From: Schmidtea nova
Taxonomy: Eukaryota
Direction: 5' to 3'
NCBI GenBank assembly: GCA_044892505.1
Contig: CM097882.1
Location: forward strand, 393,452,001 to 393,516,000
DNA length: 64,000 bases
Below the pieces are notes generated by a model. That model was given only the letters and a program-made list of their open reading frames with translations. It was not told the DNA's origin and ran no database searches. Below are positions 12,201 to 27,200 of the stretch, piece after piece. Within the stretch, counting starts at the first letter, position 1. Every line of letters starts with the position of its first letter. The translations under genes and the position numbers were made by a program.

Positions 12201-15200
12201 GGGGAACTTGATAATGTGGATAATGTGAAAGTTGGAGTAGTTCCAGATGTTGAAGATACTTTTGGTGTAAAGCAACCGATAACTTCTAATCCGAATGATA
12301 TCGTTGGTTTTGTGAGATCCCTAAATATGTGAATTATCAATTTTTGAAGTATTATTTTCTATTTTTTATAAATTTTTACTGATTAGTTTGGAATATAAAT
12401 GTATTATAAAATAAATTTAATTTGTCTTTTAGTTGTATCTTATGCTTTAGGCATTTGATTTACTGGTTAAAAATAAATTAATTTCGAAATCATAAATATT
12501 ATAGTTCTACTTATTTTTATTCTCCAATTTCCTTTTACTAATAAATGGTTTTACTTTAATTATTCATTAAGTTTGGCATAAATTTTCTTTTCATTATAGA
12601 TGCATTTACCAGATCTTAAAGAAAAATATGATGGTTACATATATTAGTTAATTTATATATTCTGTTCAAATTTATGTTCTATTTTTATTTCATTTTGTAC
12701 TCGAATTTCTTTTGTTTAATAATAGAATTTTATTTATTCTTAAATACAAAACATTTTTTTACAAATTATTTTTCCAATCATTCATTTTTTATATTACATA
12801 AGTATATATAAAATGTAAAAAACAAATTAATCTTAAATGTAGAAAAACTTATGATATGGAAGATATATAATTAAAGTTTATATCGTACTTATTTTTTTTG
12901 TTTCTTTTCAAAGTTATTCACCTGAAAATTTTACTTGATAACGGCATATGATTTGAAAAGATGTTGAAAATTAGACTAAAATATAATGATTAGCAACTTA
13001 CAAGCTTAGTATAGTTGTAATTGTGATTTGTATTCTTTGGACTTCGGAACCTGGATTTACTATTGGGGAAGACAATTTGTCCATCAATTTATTTGAATCT
13101 AGTAAATCTCTTCCTGTCATTGTTACAGATGATTGGTCACCATTTACAAGAGTGACTGTTAATTTGACAGTTTTGACTAGAAGAGGGGTAGTAGCAACAA
13201 GATTGATTTCATTGACTGCTGGAGATTGTGTTCCTTAAGACAATTAGTTGTAAATAAAATTTCTGCTTTGATGATAAAATAATTATCATTACCTTTTTGT
13301 GTTGGATTGACATCGATAATAATCAGTGAACCAGTAATAGATAATCCTGAAGGAGTTCCGAGTTTTTGACTGGAATCAGTTTGTAGTTGATTCGAATCCA
13401 CAGTAACAGTAATATCAGAAGGTGGTATTTTCTATTTTATAATTAGTCATTAATTTTATAAAAAAATTATCTAGTTACATTTGTATCAGACATTCCGTTT
13501 TCAATTTTACAAAGTGTGGGACTAGTAACAATTTTAGTAGATAATGTATAAGTAGGAGTAGTTCCAGATGATGACGACACCAATGATGATGTTGATGGTG
13601 TTGTTCCAGTTGTGAAGGTAACGGTAGGACTTGTTGTGGTATATCCTGAACTAGCTGTTGATTGAGTTGATGTGAATGGAGTAGATATTATCGGGGAACT
13701 TGATAATGTGGATAATGTATAAGTTGGAGTAGTTCCAGATGTTGACGACACCAATGATGATGTTGATGGTGTTGTTCCAGTTGTGAAGGTAACGGTAGGA
13801 CTTGTTGTGGTATATCCTGAACTAGCTGTTGATTGAGTTGATGTGAATGGAGTAGATATTATCGGGGAACTTGATAATGTGGATAATGTATAAGTTGGAG
13901 TAGTTCCAGATGTTGACGACACCAATGATGATGTTGATGGTTTTGTTCCAGTTGTAAAGGTAACGGTAGGACTTGTTGTGGTATATCCTGAACTAGCTGT
14001 TGATTGAGTTGATGTGAATGGAGTAGATATTATCGGGGAACTTGATAATGTGGATAATGTATAAGTTGGAGTAGTTCCAGATGTTGACGACACCAATGAT
14101 GATGTTGATGGTGTTGTTCCAGTTGTGAAGGTAACGGTAGGACTTGTTGTGGTATATCCTGAACTAGCTGTTGATTGAGTTGATGTGAATGGAGTAGATA
14201 TTATCGGGGAACTTGATAATGTGGATAATGTATAAGTTGGAGTAGTTCCAGATGTTGACGACACCAATGATGATGTTGATGGTTTTGTTCCAGTTGTAAA
14301 GGTAACGGCAGGACTTGTTGTGGTATATCCTGAACTAGCTGTTGATTGAGTTGATGTGAATGGAGTGGATATTATCGGGGAACTTGATAATGTGGATAAT
14401 GTGAAAGTTGGAGTAGTTCCAGATGTTGAAGATACTTTTGGTGTAAAGCAACCGATAACTTCTAATCCGAATGATATCGTTGGTTTTGTGAGATCCCTAA
14501 ATATGTGAATTATCAATTTTTGAAGTATTATTTTCTATTTTTTATAAATTTTTACTGATTAGTTTGGAATATAAATGTATTATAAAATAAATTTAATTTG
14601 TCTTTTAGTTGTATCTTATGCTTTAGGCATTTGATTTACTGGTTAAAAATAAATTAATTTCGAAATCATAAATATTATAGTTCTACTTATTTTTATTCTC
14701 CAATTTCCTTTTACTAATAAATGGTTTTACTTTAATTATTCATTAAGTTTGGCATAAATTTTCTTTTCATTATAGATGCATTTACCAGATCTTAAAGAAA
14801 AATATGATGGTTACATATATTAGTTAATTTATATATTCTGTTCAAATTTATGTTCTATTTTTATTTCATTTTGTACTCGAATTTCTTTTGTTTAATAATA
14901 GAATTTTATTTATTCTTAAATACAAAACATTTTTTTACAAATTATTTTTCCAATCATTCATTTTTTATATTACATAAGTATATATAAAATGTAAAAAACA
15001 AATTAATCTTAAATGTAGAAAAACTTATGATATGGAAGATATATAATTAAAGTTTATATCGTACTTATTTTTTTTGTTTCTTTTCAAAGTTATTCACCTG
15101 AAAATTTTACTTGATAACGGCATATGATTTGAAAAGATGTTAAAAATTAGACTAAAATATAATGATTAGCAACTTACAAGCTTAGTATAGTTGTAATTGT

Positions 15201-18200
15201 GATTTGTATTCTTTGGACTTCGGAACCTGGATTTACTATTGGGGAAGACAATTTGTCCATCAATTTATTTGAATCTAGTAAATCTCTTCCTGTCATTGTT
15301 ACAGATGATTGGTCACCATTTACAAGAGTGACTGTTAATTTGACAGTTTTGACTAGAAGAGGGGTAGTAGCAACAAGATTGATTTCATTGACTGCTGGAG
15401 ATTGTGTTCCTTAAGACAATTAGTTGTAAATAAAATTTCTGCTTTGATGATAAAATAATTATCATTACCTTTTTGTGTTGGATTGACATCGATAATAATC
15501 AGTGAACCAGTAATAGATAATCCTGAAGGAGTTCCGAGTTTTTGACTGGAATCAGTTTGTAGTTGATTCGAATCCACAGTAACAGTAATATCAGAAGGTG
15601 GTATTTTCTATTTTATAATTAGTCATTAATTTTATAAAAAAATTATCTAGTTACATTTGTATCAGACATTCCGTTTTCAATTTTACAAAGTGTGGGACTA
15701 GTAACAATTTTAGTAGATAATGTATAAGTAGGAGTAGTTCCAGATGATGACGACACCAATGATGATGTTGATGGTGTTGTTCCAGTTGTGAAGGTAACGG
15801 TAGGACTTGTTGTGGTATATCCTGAACTAGCTGTTGATTGAGTTGATGTGAATGGAGTAGATATTATCGGGGAACTTGATAATGTGGATAATGTATAAGT
15901 TGGAGTAGTTCCAGATGTTGACGACACCAATGATGATGTTGATGGTTTTGTTCCAGTTGTAAAGGTAACGGTAGGACTTGTTGTGGTATATCCTGAACTA
16001 GCTGTTGATTGAGTTGATGTGAATGGAGTAGATATTATCGGGGAACTTGATAATGTGGATAATGTATAAGTTGGAGTAGTTCCAGATGTTGACGACACCA
16101 ATGATGATGTTGATGGTGTTGTTCCAGTTGTAAAGGTAACGGTAGGACTTGTTGTGGTATATCCTGAACTAGCTGTTGATTGAGTTGATGTGAATGGAGT
16201 AGATATTATCGGGGAACTTGATAATGTGGATAATGTATAAGTTGGAGTAGTTCCAGATGTTGACGACACCAATGATGATGTTGATGGTGTTGTTCCAGTT
16301 GTGAAGGTAACGGTAGGACTTGTTGTGGTATATCCTGAACTAGCTGTTGATTGAGTTGATGTGAATGGAGTAGATATTATCGGGGAACTTGATAATGTGG
16401 ATAATGTATAAGTTGGAGTAGTTCCAGATGTTGACGACACCAATGATGATGTTGATGGTTTTGTTCCAGTTGTAAAGGTAACGGCAGGACTTGTTGTGGT
16501 ATATCCTGAACTAGCTGTTGATTGAGTTGATGTGAATGGAGTAGATATTATCGGGGAACTTGATAATGTGGATAATGTATAAGTTGGAGTAGTTCCAGAT
16601 GTTGACGACACCAATGATGATGTTGATGGTGTTGTTCCAGTTGTGAAGGTAACGGTAGGACTTGTTGTGGTATATCCTGAACTAGCTGTTGATTGAGTTG
16701 ATGTGAATGGAGTAGATATTATCGGGGAACTTGATAATGTGGATAATGTATAAGTTGGAGTAGTTCCAGATGTTGACGACACCAATGATGATGTTGATGG
16801 TTTTGTTCCAGTTGTAAAGGTAACGGTAGGACTTGTTGTGGTATATCCTGAACTAGCTGTTGATTGAGTTGATGTGAATGGAGTAGATATTATCGGGGAA
16901 CTTGATAATGTGGATAATGTATAAGTTGGAGTAGTTCCAGATGTTGACGACACCAATGATGATGTTGATGGTGTTGTTCCAGTTGTAAAGGTAACGGTAG
17001 GACTTGTTGTGGTATATCCTGAACTAGCTGTTGATTGAGTTGATGTGAATGGAGTAGATATTATCGGGGAACTTGATAATGTGGATAATGTATAAGTTGG
17101 AGTAGTTCCAGATGTTGACGACACCAATGATGATGTTGATGGTGTTGTTCCAGTTGTGAAGGTAACGGTAGGACTTGTTGTGGTATATCCTGAACTAGCT
17201 GTTGATTGAGTTGATGTGAATGGAGTAGATATTATCGGGGAACTTGATAATGTGGATAATGTATAAGTTGGAGTAGTTCCAGATGTTGACGACACCAATG
17301 ATGATGTTGATGGTTTTGTTCCAGTTGTAAAGGTAACGGCAGGACTTGTTGTGGTATATCCTGAACTAGCTGTTGATTGAGTTGATGTGAATGGAGTGGA
17401 TATTATCGGGGAACTTGATAATGTGGATAATGTGAAAGTTGGAGTAGTTCCAGATGTTGAAGATACTTTTGGTGTAAAGCAACCGATAACTTCTAATCCG
17501 AATGATATCGTTGGTTTTGTGAGATCCCTAAATATGTGAATTATCAATTTTTGAAGTATTATTTTCTATTTTTTATAAATTTTTACTGATTAGTTTCGAA
17601 TATAAATGTATTATAAAATAAATTTAATTTGTCTTTTAGTTGTATCTTATGCTTTAGGCATTTGATTTACTGGTTAAAAATAAATTAATTTCGAAATCAT
17701 AAATATAATAGTTCTACTTATTTTTATTCTCCAATTTCCTTTTACTAATAAATGGTTTTACTTTAATTATTCATTAAGTTTGGCATAAATTTTCTTTTCA
17801 TTATAGATGCATTTACCAGATCTTAAAGAAAAATATGATGGTTACATATATTAGTTAATTTATATATTCTGTTCAAATTTATGTTCTATTTTTATTTCAT
17901 TTTGTACTCGAATTTCTTTTGTTTAATAATAGAATTTTATTTATTCTTAAATACAAAACATTTTTTTACAAATTATTTTTCCAATCATTCATTTTTTATA
18001 TTACATAAGTATATATAAAATGTAAAAAACAAATTAATCTTAAATGTAGAAAAACTTATGATATGGAAGATATATAATTAAAGTTTATATCGTACTTATT
18101 TTTTTTGTTTCTTTTCAAAGTTATTCACCTGAAAATTTTACTTGATAACGGCATATGATTTGAAAAGATGTTGAAAATTAGACTAAAATATAATGATTAG

Positions 18201-21200
18201 CAACTTACAAGCTTAGTATAGTTGTAATTGTGATTTGTATTCTTTGGACTTCGGAACCTGGATTTACTACTGGGGAAGACAATTTGTCCATCAATTTATT
18301 TGAATCTAGTAAATCTCTTCCTGTCATTGTTACAGATGATTGGTCACCATTTACAAGAGTGACTGTTAATTTGACAGTTTTGACTAGAAGAGGGGTAGTA
18401 GCAACAAGATTGATTTCATTGACTGCTGGAGATTGTGTTCCTTAAGACAATTAGTTGTAAATAAAATTTCTGCTTTGATGATAAAATAATTATCATTACC
18501 TTTTTGTGTTGGATTGACATCGATAATAATCAGTGAACCAGTAATAGATAATCCTGAAGGAGTTCCGAGTTTTTGACTGGAATCAGTTTGTAGTTGATTC
18601 GAATCCACAGTAACAGTAATATCAGAAGGTGGTATTTTCTATTTTATAATTAGTCATTAATTTTATAAAAAAATTATCTAGTTACATTTGTATCAGACAT
18701 TCCGTTTTCAATTTTACAAAGTGTGGGACTAGTAACAATTTTAGTAGATAATGTATAAGTAGGAGTAGTTCCAGATGATGACGACACCAATGATGATGTT
18801 GATGGTGTTGTTCCAGTTGTGAAGGTAACGGTAGGACTTGTTGTGGTATATCCTGAACTAGCTGTTGATTGAGTTGATGTGAATGGAGTAGATATTATCG
18901 GGGAACTTGATAATGTGGATAATGTATAAGTTGGAGTAGTTCCAGATGTTGACGACACCAATGATGATGTTGATGGTGTTGTTCCAGTTGTGAAGGTAAC
19001 GGTAGGACTTGTTGTGGTATATCCTGAACTAGCTGTTGATTGAGTTGATGTGAATGGAGTAGATATTATCGGGGAACTTGATAATGTGGATAATGTATAA
19101 GTTGGAGTAGTTCCAGATGTTGACGACACCAATGATGATGTTGATGGTTTTGTTCCAGTTGTAAAGGTAACGGTAGGACTTGTTGTGGTATATCCTGAAC
19201 TAGCTGTTGATTGAGTTGATGTGAATGGAGTAGATATTATCGGGGAACTTGATAATGTGGATAATGTATAAGTTGGAGTAGTTCCAGATGTTGACGACAC
19301 CAATGATGATGTTGATGGTGTTGTTCCAGTTGTAAAGGTAACGGTAGGACTTGTTGTGGTATATCCTGAACTAGCTGTTGATTGAGTTGATGTGAATGGA
19401 GTAGATATTATCGGGGAACTTGATAATGTGGATAATGTATAAGTTGGAGTAGTTCCAGATGTTGACGACACCAATGATGATGTTGATGGTGTTGTTCCAG
19501 TTGTGAAGGTAACGGTAGGACTTGTTGTGGTATATCCTGAACTAGCTGTTGATTGAGTTGATGTGAATGGAGTAGATATTATCGGGGAACTTGATAATGT
19601 GGATAATGTATAAGTTGGAGTAGTTCCAGATGTTGACGACACCAATGATGATGTTGATGGTTTTGTTCCAGTTGTAAAGGTAACGGCAGGACTTGTTGTG
19701 GTATATCCTGAACTAGCTGTTGATTGAGTTGATGTGAATGGAGTGGATATTATCGGGGAACTTGATAATGTGGATAATGTGAAAGTTGGAGTAGTTCCAG
19801 ATGTTGAAGATACTTTTGGTGTAAAGCAACCGATAACTTCTAATCCGAATGATATCGTTGGTTTTGTGAGATCCCTAAATATGTGAATTATCAATTTTTG
19901 AAGTATTATTTTCTATTTTTTATAAATTTTTACTGATTAGTTTCGAATATAAATGTATTATAAAATAAATTTAATTTGTCTTTTAGTTGTATCTTATGCT
20001 TTAGGCATTTGATTTACTGGTTAAAAATAAATTAATTTCGAAATCATAAATATAATAGTTCTACTTATTTTTATTCTCCAATTTCCTTTTACTAATAAAT
20101 GGTTTTACTTTAATTATTCATTAAGTTTGGCATAAATTTTCTTTTCATTATAGATGCATTTACCAGATCTTAAAGAAAAATATGATGGTTACATATATTA
20201 GTTAATTTATATATTCTGTTCAAATTTATGTTCTATTTTTATTTCATTTTGTACTCGAATTTCTTTTGTTTAATAATAGAATTTTATTTATTCTTAAATA
20301 CAAAACATTTTTTTACAAATTATTTTTCCAATCATTCATTTTTTATATTACATAAGTATATATAAAATGTAAAAAACAAATTAATCTTAAATGTAGAAAA
20401 ACTTATGATATGGAAGATATATAATTAAAGTTTATATCGTACTTATTTTTTTTGTTTCTTTTCAAAGTTATTCACCTGAAAATTTTACTTGATAACGGCA
20501 TATGATTTGAAAAGATGTTGAAAATTAGACTAAAATATAATGATTAGCAACTTACAAGCTTAGTATAGTTGTAATTGTGATTTGTATTCTTTGGACTTCG
20601 GAACCTGGATTTACTATTGGGGAAGACAATTTGTCCATCAATTTATTTGAATCTAGTAAATCTCTTCCTGTCATTGTTACAGATGATTGGTCACCATTTA
20701 CAAGAGTGACTGTTAATTTGACAGTTTTGACTAGAAGAGGGGTAGTAGCAACAAGATTGATTTCATTGACTGCTGGAGATTGTGTTCCTTAAGACAATTA
20801 GTTGTAAATAAAATTTCTGCTTTGATGATAAAATAATTATCATTACCTTTTTGTGTTGGATTGACATCGATAATAATCAGTGAACCAGTAATAGATAATC
20901 CTGAAGGAGTTCCGAGTTTTTGACTGGAATCAGTTTGTAGTTGATTCGAATCCACAGTAACAGTAATATCAGAAGGTGGTATTTTCTATTTTATAATTAG
21001 TCATTAATTTTATAAAAAAATTATCTAGTTACATTTGTATCAGACATTCCGTTTTCAATTTTACAAAGTGTGGGACTAGTAACAATTTTAGTAGATAATG
21101 TATAAGTAGGAGTAGTTCCAGATGATGACGACACCAATGATGATGTTGATGGTGTTGTTCCAGTTGTGAAGGTAACGGTAGGACTTGTTGTGGTATATCC

Positions 21201-24200
21201 TGAACTAGCTGTTGATTGAGTTGATGTGAATGGAGTAGATATTATCGGGGAACTTGATAATGTGGATAATGTATAAGTTGGAGTAGTTCCAGATGTTGAC
21301 GACACCAATGATGATGTTGATGGTGTTGTTCCAGTTGTGAAGGTAACGGTAGGACTTGTTGTGGTATATCCTGAACTAGCTGTTGATTGAGTTGATGTGA
21401 ATGGAGTAGATATTATCGGGGAACTTGATAATGTGGATAATGTATAAGTTGGAGTAGTTCCAGATGTTGACGACACCAATGATGATGTTGATGGTTTTGT
21501 TCCAGTTGTAAAGGTAACGGTAGGACTTGTTGTGGTATATCCTGAACTAGCTGTTGATTGAGTTGATGTGAATGGAGTAGATATTATCGGGGAACTTGAT
21601 AATGTGGATAATGTATAAGTTGGAGTAGTTCCAGATGTTGACGACACCAATGATGATGTTGATGGTGTTGTTCCAGTTGTAAAGGTAACGGTAGGACTTG
21701 TTGTGGTATATCCTGAACTAGCTGTTGATTGAGTTGATGTGAATGGAGTAGATATTATCGGGGAACTTGATAATGTGGATAATGTATAAGTTGGAGTAGT
21801 TCCAGATGTTGACGACACCAATGATGATGTTGATGGTGTTGTTCCAGTTGTGAAGGTAACGGTAGGACTTGTTGTGGTATATCCTGAACTAGCTGTTGAT
21901 TGAGTTGATGTGAATGGAGTAGATATTATCGGGGAACTTGATAATGTGGATAATGTATAAGTTGGAGTAGTTCCAGATGTTGACGACACCAATGATGATG
22001 TTGATGGTTTTGTTCCAGTTGTAAAGGTAACGGCAGGACTTGTTGTGGTATATCCTGAACTAGCTGTTGATTGAGTTGATGTGAATGGAGTGGATATTAT
22101 CGGGGAACTTGATAATGTGGATAATGTGAAAGTTGGAGTAGTTCCAGATGTTGAAGATACTTTTGGTGTAAAGCAACCGATAACTTCTAATCCGAATGAT
22201 ATCGTTGGTTTTGTGAGATCCCTAAATATGTGAATTATCAATTTTTGAAGTATTATTTTCTATTTTTTATAAATTTTTACTGATTAGTTTCGAATATAAA
22301 TGTATTATAAAATAAATTTAATTTGTCTTTTAGTTGTATCTTATGCTTTAGGCATTTGATTTACTGGTTAAAAATAAATTAATTTCGAAATCATAAATAT
22401 AATAGTTCTACTTATTTTTATTCTCCAATTTCCTTTTACTAATAAATGGTTTTACTTTAATTATTCATTAAGTTTGGCATAAATTTTCTTTTCATTATAG
22501 ATGCATTTACCAGATCTTAAAGAAAAATATGATGGTTACATATATTAGTTAATTTATATATTCTGTTCAAATTTATGTTCTATTTTTATTTCATTTTGTA
22601 CTCGAATTTCTTTTGTTTAATAATAGAATTTTATTTATTCTTAAATACAAAACATTTTTTTACAAATTATTTTTCCAATCATTCATTTTTTATATTACAT
22701 AAGTATATATAAAATGTAAAAAACAAATTAATCTTAAATGTAGAAAAACTTATGATATGGAAGATATATAATTAAAGTTTATATCGTACTTATTTTTTTT
22801 GTTTCTTTTCAAAGTTATTCACCTGAAAATTTTACTTGATAACGGCATATGATTTGAAAAGATGTTGAAAATTAGACTAAAATATAATGATTAGCAACTT
22901 ACAAGCTTAGTATAGTTGTAATTGTGATTTGTATTCTTTGGACTTCGGAACCTGGATTTACTACTGGGGAAGACAATTTGTCCATCAATTTATTTGAATC
23001 TAGTAAATCTCTTCCTGTCATTGTTACAGATGATTGGTCACCATTTACAAGAGTGACTGTTAATTTGACAGTTTTGACTAGAAGAGGGGTAGTAGCAACA
23101 AGATTGATTTCATTTACTGCTGGAGATTGTGTTCCTTAAGACAATTAGTTGTAAATAAAATTTCTGCTTTGATGATAAAATAATTATCATTACCTTTTTG
23201 TGTTGGATTGACATCGATAATAATCAGTGAACCAGTAATAGATAATCCTGAAGGAGTTCCGAGTTTTTGACTGGAATCAGTTTGTAGTTGATTCGAATCC
23301 ACAGTAACAGTAATATCAGAAGGTGGTATTTTCTATTTTATAATTAGTCATTAATTTTATAAAAAAATTATCTAGTTACATTTGTATCAGACATTCCGTT
23401 TTCAATTTTACAAAGTGTGGGACTAGTAACAATTTTAGTAGATAATGTATAAGTAGGAGTAGTTCCAGATGATGACGACACCAATGATGATGTTGATGGT
23501 GTTGTTCCAGTTGTGAAGGTAACGGTAGGACTTGTTGTGGTATATCCTGAACTAGCTGTTGATTGAGTTGATGTGAATGGAGTAGATATTATCGGGGAAC
23601 TTGATAATGTGGATAATGTATAAGTTGGAGTAGTTCCAGATGTTGACGACACCAATGATGATGTTGATGGTGTTGTTCCAGTTGTGAAGGTAACGGTAGG
23701 ACTTGTTGTGGTATATCCTGAACTAGCTGTTGATTGAGTTGATGTAAATGGAGTAGATATTATCGGGGAACTTGATAATGTGGATAATGTATAAGTTGGA
23801 GTAGTTCCAGATGTTGACGACACCAATGATGATGTTGATGGTGTTGTTCCAGTTGTGAAGGTAACGGTAGGACTTGTTGTGGTATATCCTGAACTAGCTG
23901 TTGATTGAGTTGATGTGAATGGAGTAGATATTATCGGGGAACTTGATAATGTGGATAATGTATAAGTTGGAGTAGTTCCAGATGTTGACGACACCAATGA
24001 TGATGTTGATGGTGTTGTTCCAGTTGTAAAGGTAACGGTAGGACTTGTTGTGGTATATCCTGAACTAGCTGTTGATTGAGTTGATGTGAATGGAGTAGAT
24101 ATTATCGGGGAACTTGATAATGTGGATAATGTATAAGTTGGAGTAGTTCCAGATGTTGACGACACCAATGATGATGTTGATGGTGTTGTTCCAGTTGTAA

Positions 24201-27200
24201 AGGTAACGGTAGGACTTGTTGTGGTATATCCTGAACTAGCTGTTGATTGAGTTGATGTGAATGGAGTAGATATTATCGGGGAACTTGATAATGTGGATAA
24301 TGTATAAGTTGGAGTAGTTCCAGATGTTGACGACACCAATGATGATGTTGATGGTGTTGTTCCAGTTGTAAAGGTAGTGGTAGGACTTGTTGTGGTATAT
24401 CCTGAACTAGCTGTTGATTGAGTTGATGTGAATGGAGTAGATATTATCGGGGAACTTGATAATGTGGATAATGTATAAGTTGGAGTAGTTCCAGATGTTG
24501 ACGACACCAATGATGATGTTGATGGTGTTGTTCCAGTTGTGAAGGTAACGGTAGGACTTGTTGTGGTATATCCTGAACTAGCTGTTGATTGAGTTGATGT
24601 AAATGGAGTAGATATTATCGGGGAACTTGATAATGTGGATAATGTATAAGTTGGAGTAGTTCCAGATGTTGACGACACCAATGATGATGTTGATGGTTTT
24701 GTTCCAGTTGTAAAGGTAACAGCAGGACTTGTTGTGGTATATCCTGAACTAGCTGTTGATTGAGTTGATGTGAATGGAGTGGATATTATCGGGGAACTTG
24801 ATAATGTGGATAATGTGAAAGTTGGAGTAGTTCCAGATGTTGAAGATACTTTTGGTGTAAAGCAACCGATAACTTCTAATCCGAATGATATCGTTGGTTT
24901 TGTGAGATCCCTAAATATGTGAATTATCAATTTTTGAAGTATTATTTTCTATTTTTTATAAATTTTTACTGATTAGTTTCGAATATAAATGTATTATAAA
25001 ATAAATTTAATTTGTCTTTTAGTTGTATCTTATGCTTTAGGCATTTGATTTACTGGTTAAAAATAAATTAATTTCGAAATCATAAATATAATAGTTCTAC
25101 TTATTTTTATTCTCCAATTTCCTTTTACTAATAAATGGTTTTACTTTAATTATTCATTAAGTTTGGCATAAATTTTCTTTTCATTATAGATGCATTTACC
25201 AGATCTTAAAGAAAAATATGATGGTTACATATATTAGTTAATTTATATATTCTGTTCAAATTTATGTTCTATTTTTATTTCATTTTGTACTCGAATTTCT
25301 TTTGTTTAATAATAGAATTTTATTTATTCTTAAATACAAAACATTTTTTTACAAATTATTTTTCCAATCATTCATTTTTTCTATTACATAAGTATATATA
25401 AAATGTAAAAAACAAATTAATCTTAAATGTAGAAAAACTTATGATATGGAAGATATATAATTAAAGTTTATATCGTACTTATTTTTTTTGTTTCTTTTCA
25501 AAGTTATTCACCTGAAAATTTTACTTGATAACGGCATATGATTTGAAAAGATGTTGAAAATTAGACTAAAATATAATGATTAGCAACTTACAAGCTTAGT
25601 ATAGTTGTAATTGTGATTTGTATTCTTTGGACTTCGGAACCTGGATTTACTATTGGGGAAGACAATTTGTCCATCAATTTATTTGAATCTAGTAAATCTC
25701 TTCCTGTCATTGTTACAGATGATTGGTCACCATTTACAAGAGTGACTGTTAATTTGACAGTTTTGACTAGAAGAGGGGTAGTAGCAACAAGATTGATTTC
25801 ATTGACTGCTGGAGATTGTGTTCCTTAAGACAATTAGTTGTAAATAAAATTTCTGCTTTGATGATAAAATAATTATCATTACCTTTTTGTGTTGGATTGA
25901 CATCGATAATAATCAGTGAACCAGTAATAGATAATCCTGAAGGAGTTCCGAGTTTTTGACTGGAATCAGTTTGTAGTTGATTCGAATCCACAGTAACAGT
26001 AATATCAGAAGGTGGTATTTTCTATTTTATAATTAGTCATTAATTTTATAAAAAAATTATCTAGTTACATTTGTATCAGACATTCCGTTTTCAATTTTAC
26101 AAAGTGTGGGACTAGTAACAATTTTAGTAGATAATGTATAAGTAGGAGTAGTTCCAGATGATGACGACACCAATGATGATGTTGATGGTGTTGTTCCAGT
26201 TGTGAAGGTAACGGTAGGACTTGTTGTGGTATATCCTGAACTAGCTGTTGATTGAGTTGATGTGAATGGAGTAGATATTATCGGGGAACTTGATAATGTG
26301 GATAATGTATAAGTTGGAGTAGTTCCAGATGTTGACGACACCAATGATGATGTTGATGGTGTTGTTCCAGTTGTGAAGGTAACGGTAGGACTTGTTGTGG
26401 TATATCCTGAACTAGCTGTTGATTGAGTTGATGTGAATGGAGTAGATATTATCGGGGAACTTGATAATGTGGATAATGTATAAGTTGGAGTAGTTCCAGA
26501 TGTTGACGACACCAATGATGATGTTGATGGTGTTGTTCCAGTTGTGAAGGTAACGGTAGGACTTGTTGTGGTATATCCTGAACTAGCTGTTGATTGAGTT
26601 GATGTAAATGGAGTAGATATTATCGGGGAACTTGATAATGTGGATAATGTATAAGTTGGAGTAGTTCCAGATGTTGACGACACCAATGATGATGTTGATG
26701 GTGTTGTTCCAGTTGTAAAGGTAACGGTAGGACTTGTTGTGGTATATCCTGAACTAGCTGTTGATTGAGTTGATGTGAATGGAGTAGATATTATCGGGGA
26801 ACTTGATAATGTGGATAATGTATAAGTTGGAGTAGTTCCAGATGTTGACGACACCAATGATGATGTTGATGGTGTTGTTCCAGTTGTGAAGGTAACGGTA
26901 GGACTTGTTGTGGTATATCCTGAACTAGCTGTTGATTGAGTTGATGTGAATGGAGTAGATATTATCGGGGAACTTGATAATGTGGATAATGTATAAGTTG
27001 GAGTAGTTCCAGATGTTGACGACACCAATGATGATGTTGATGGTGTTGTTCCAGTTGTGAAGGTAACGGTAGGACTTGTTGTGGTATATCCTGAACTAGC
27101 TGTTGATTGAGTTGATGTGAATGGAGTAGATATTATCGGGGAACTTGATAATGTGGATAATGTATAAGTTGGAGTAGTTCCAGATGTTGACGACACCAAT

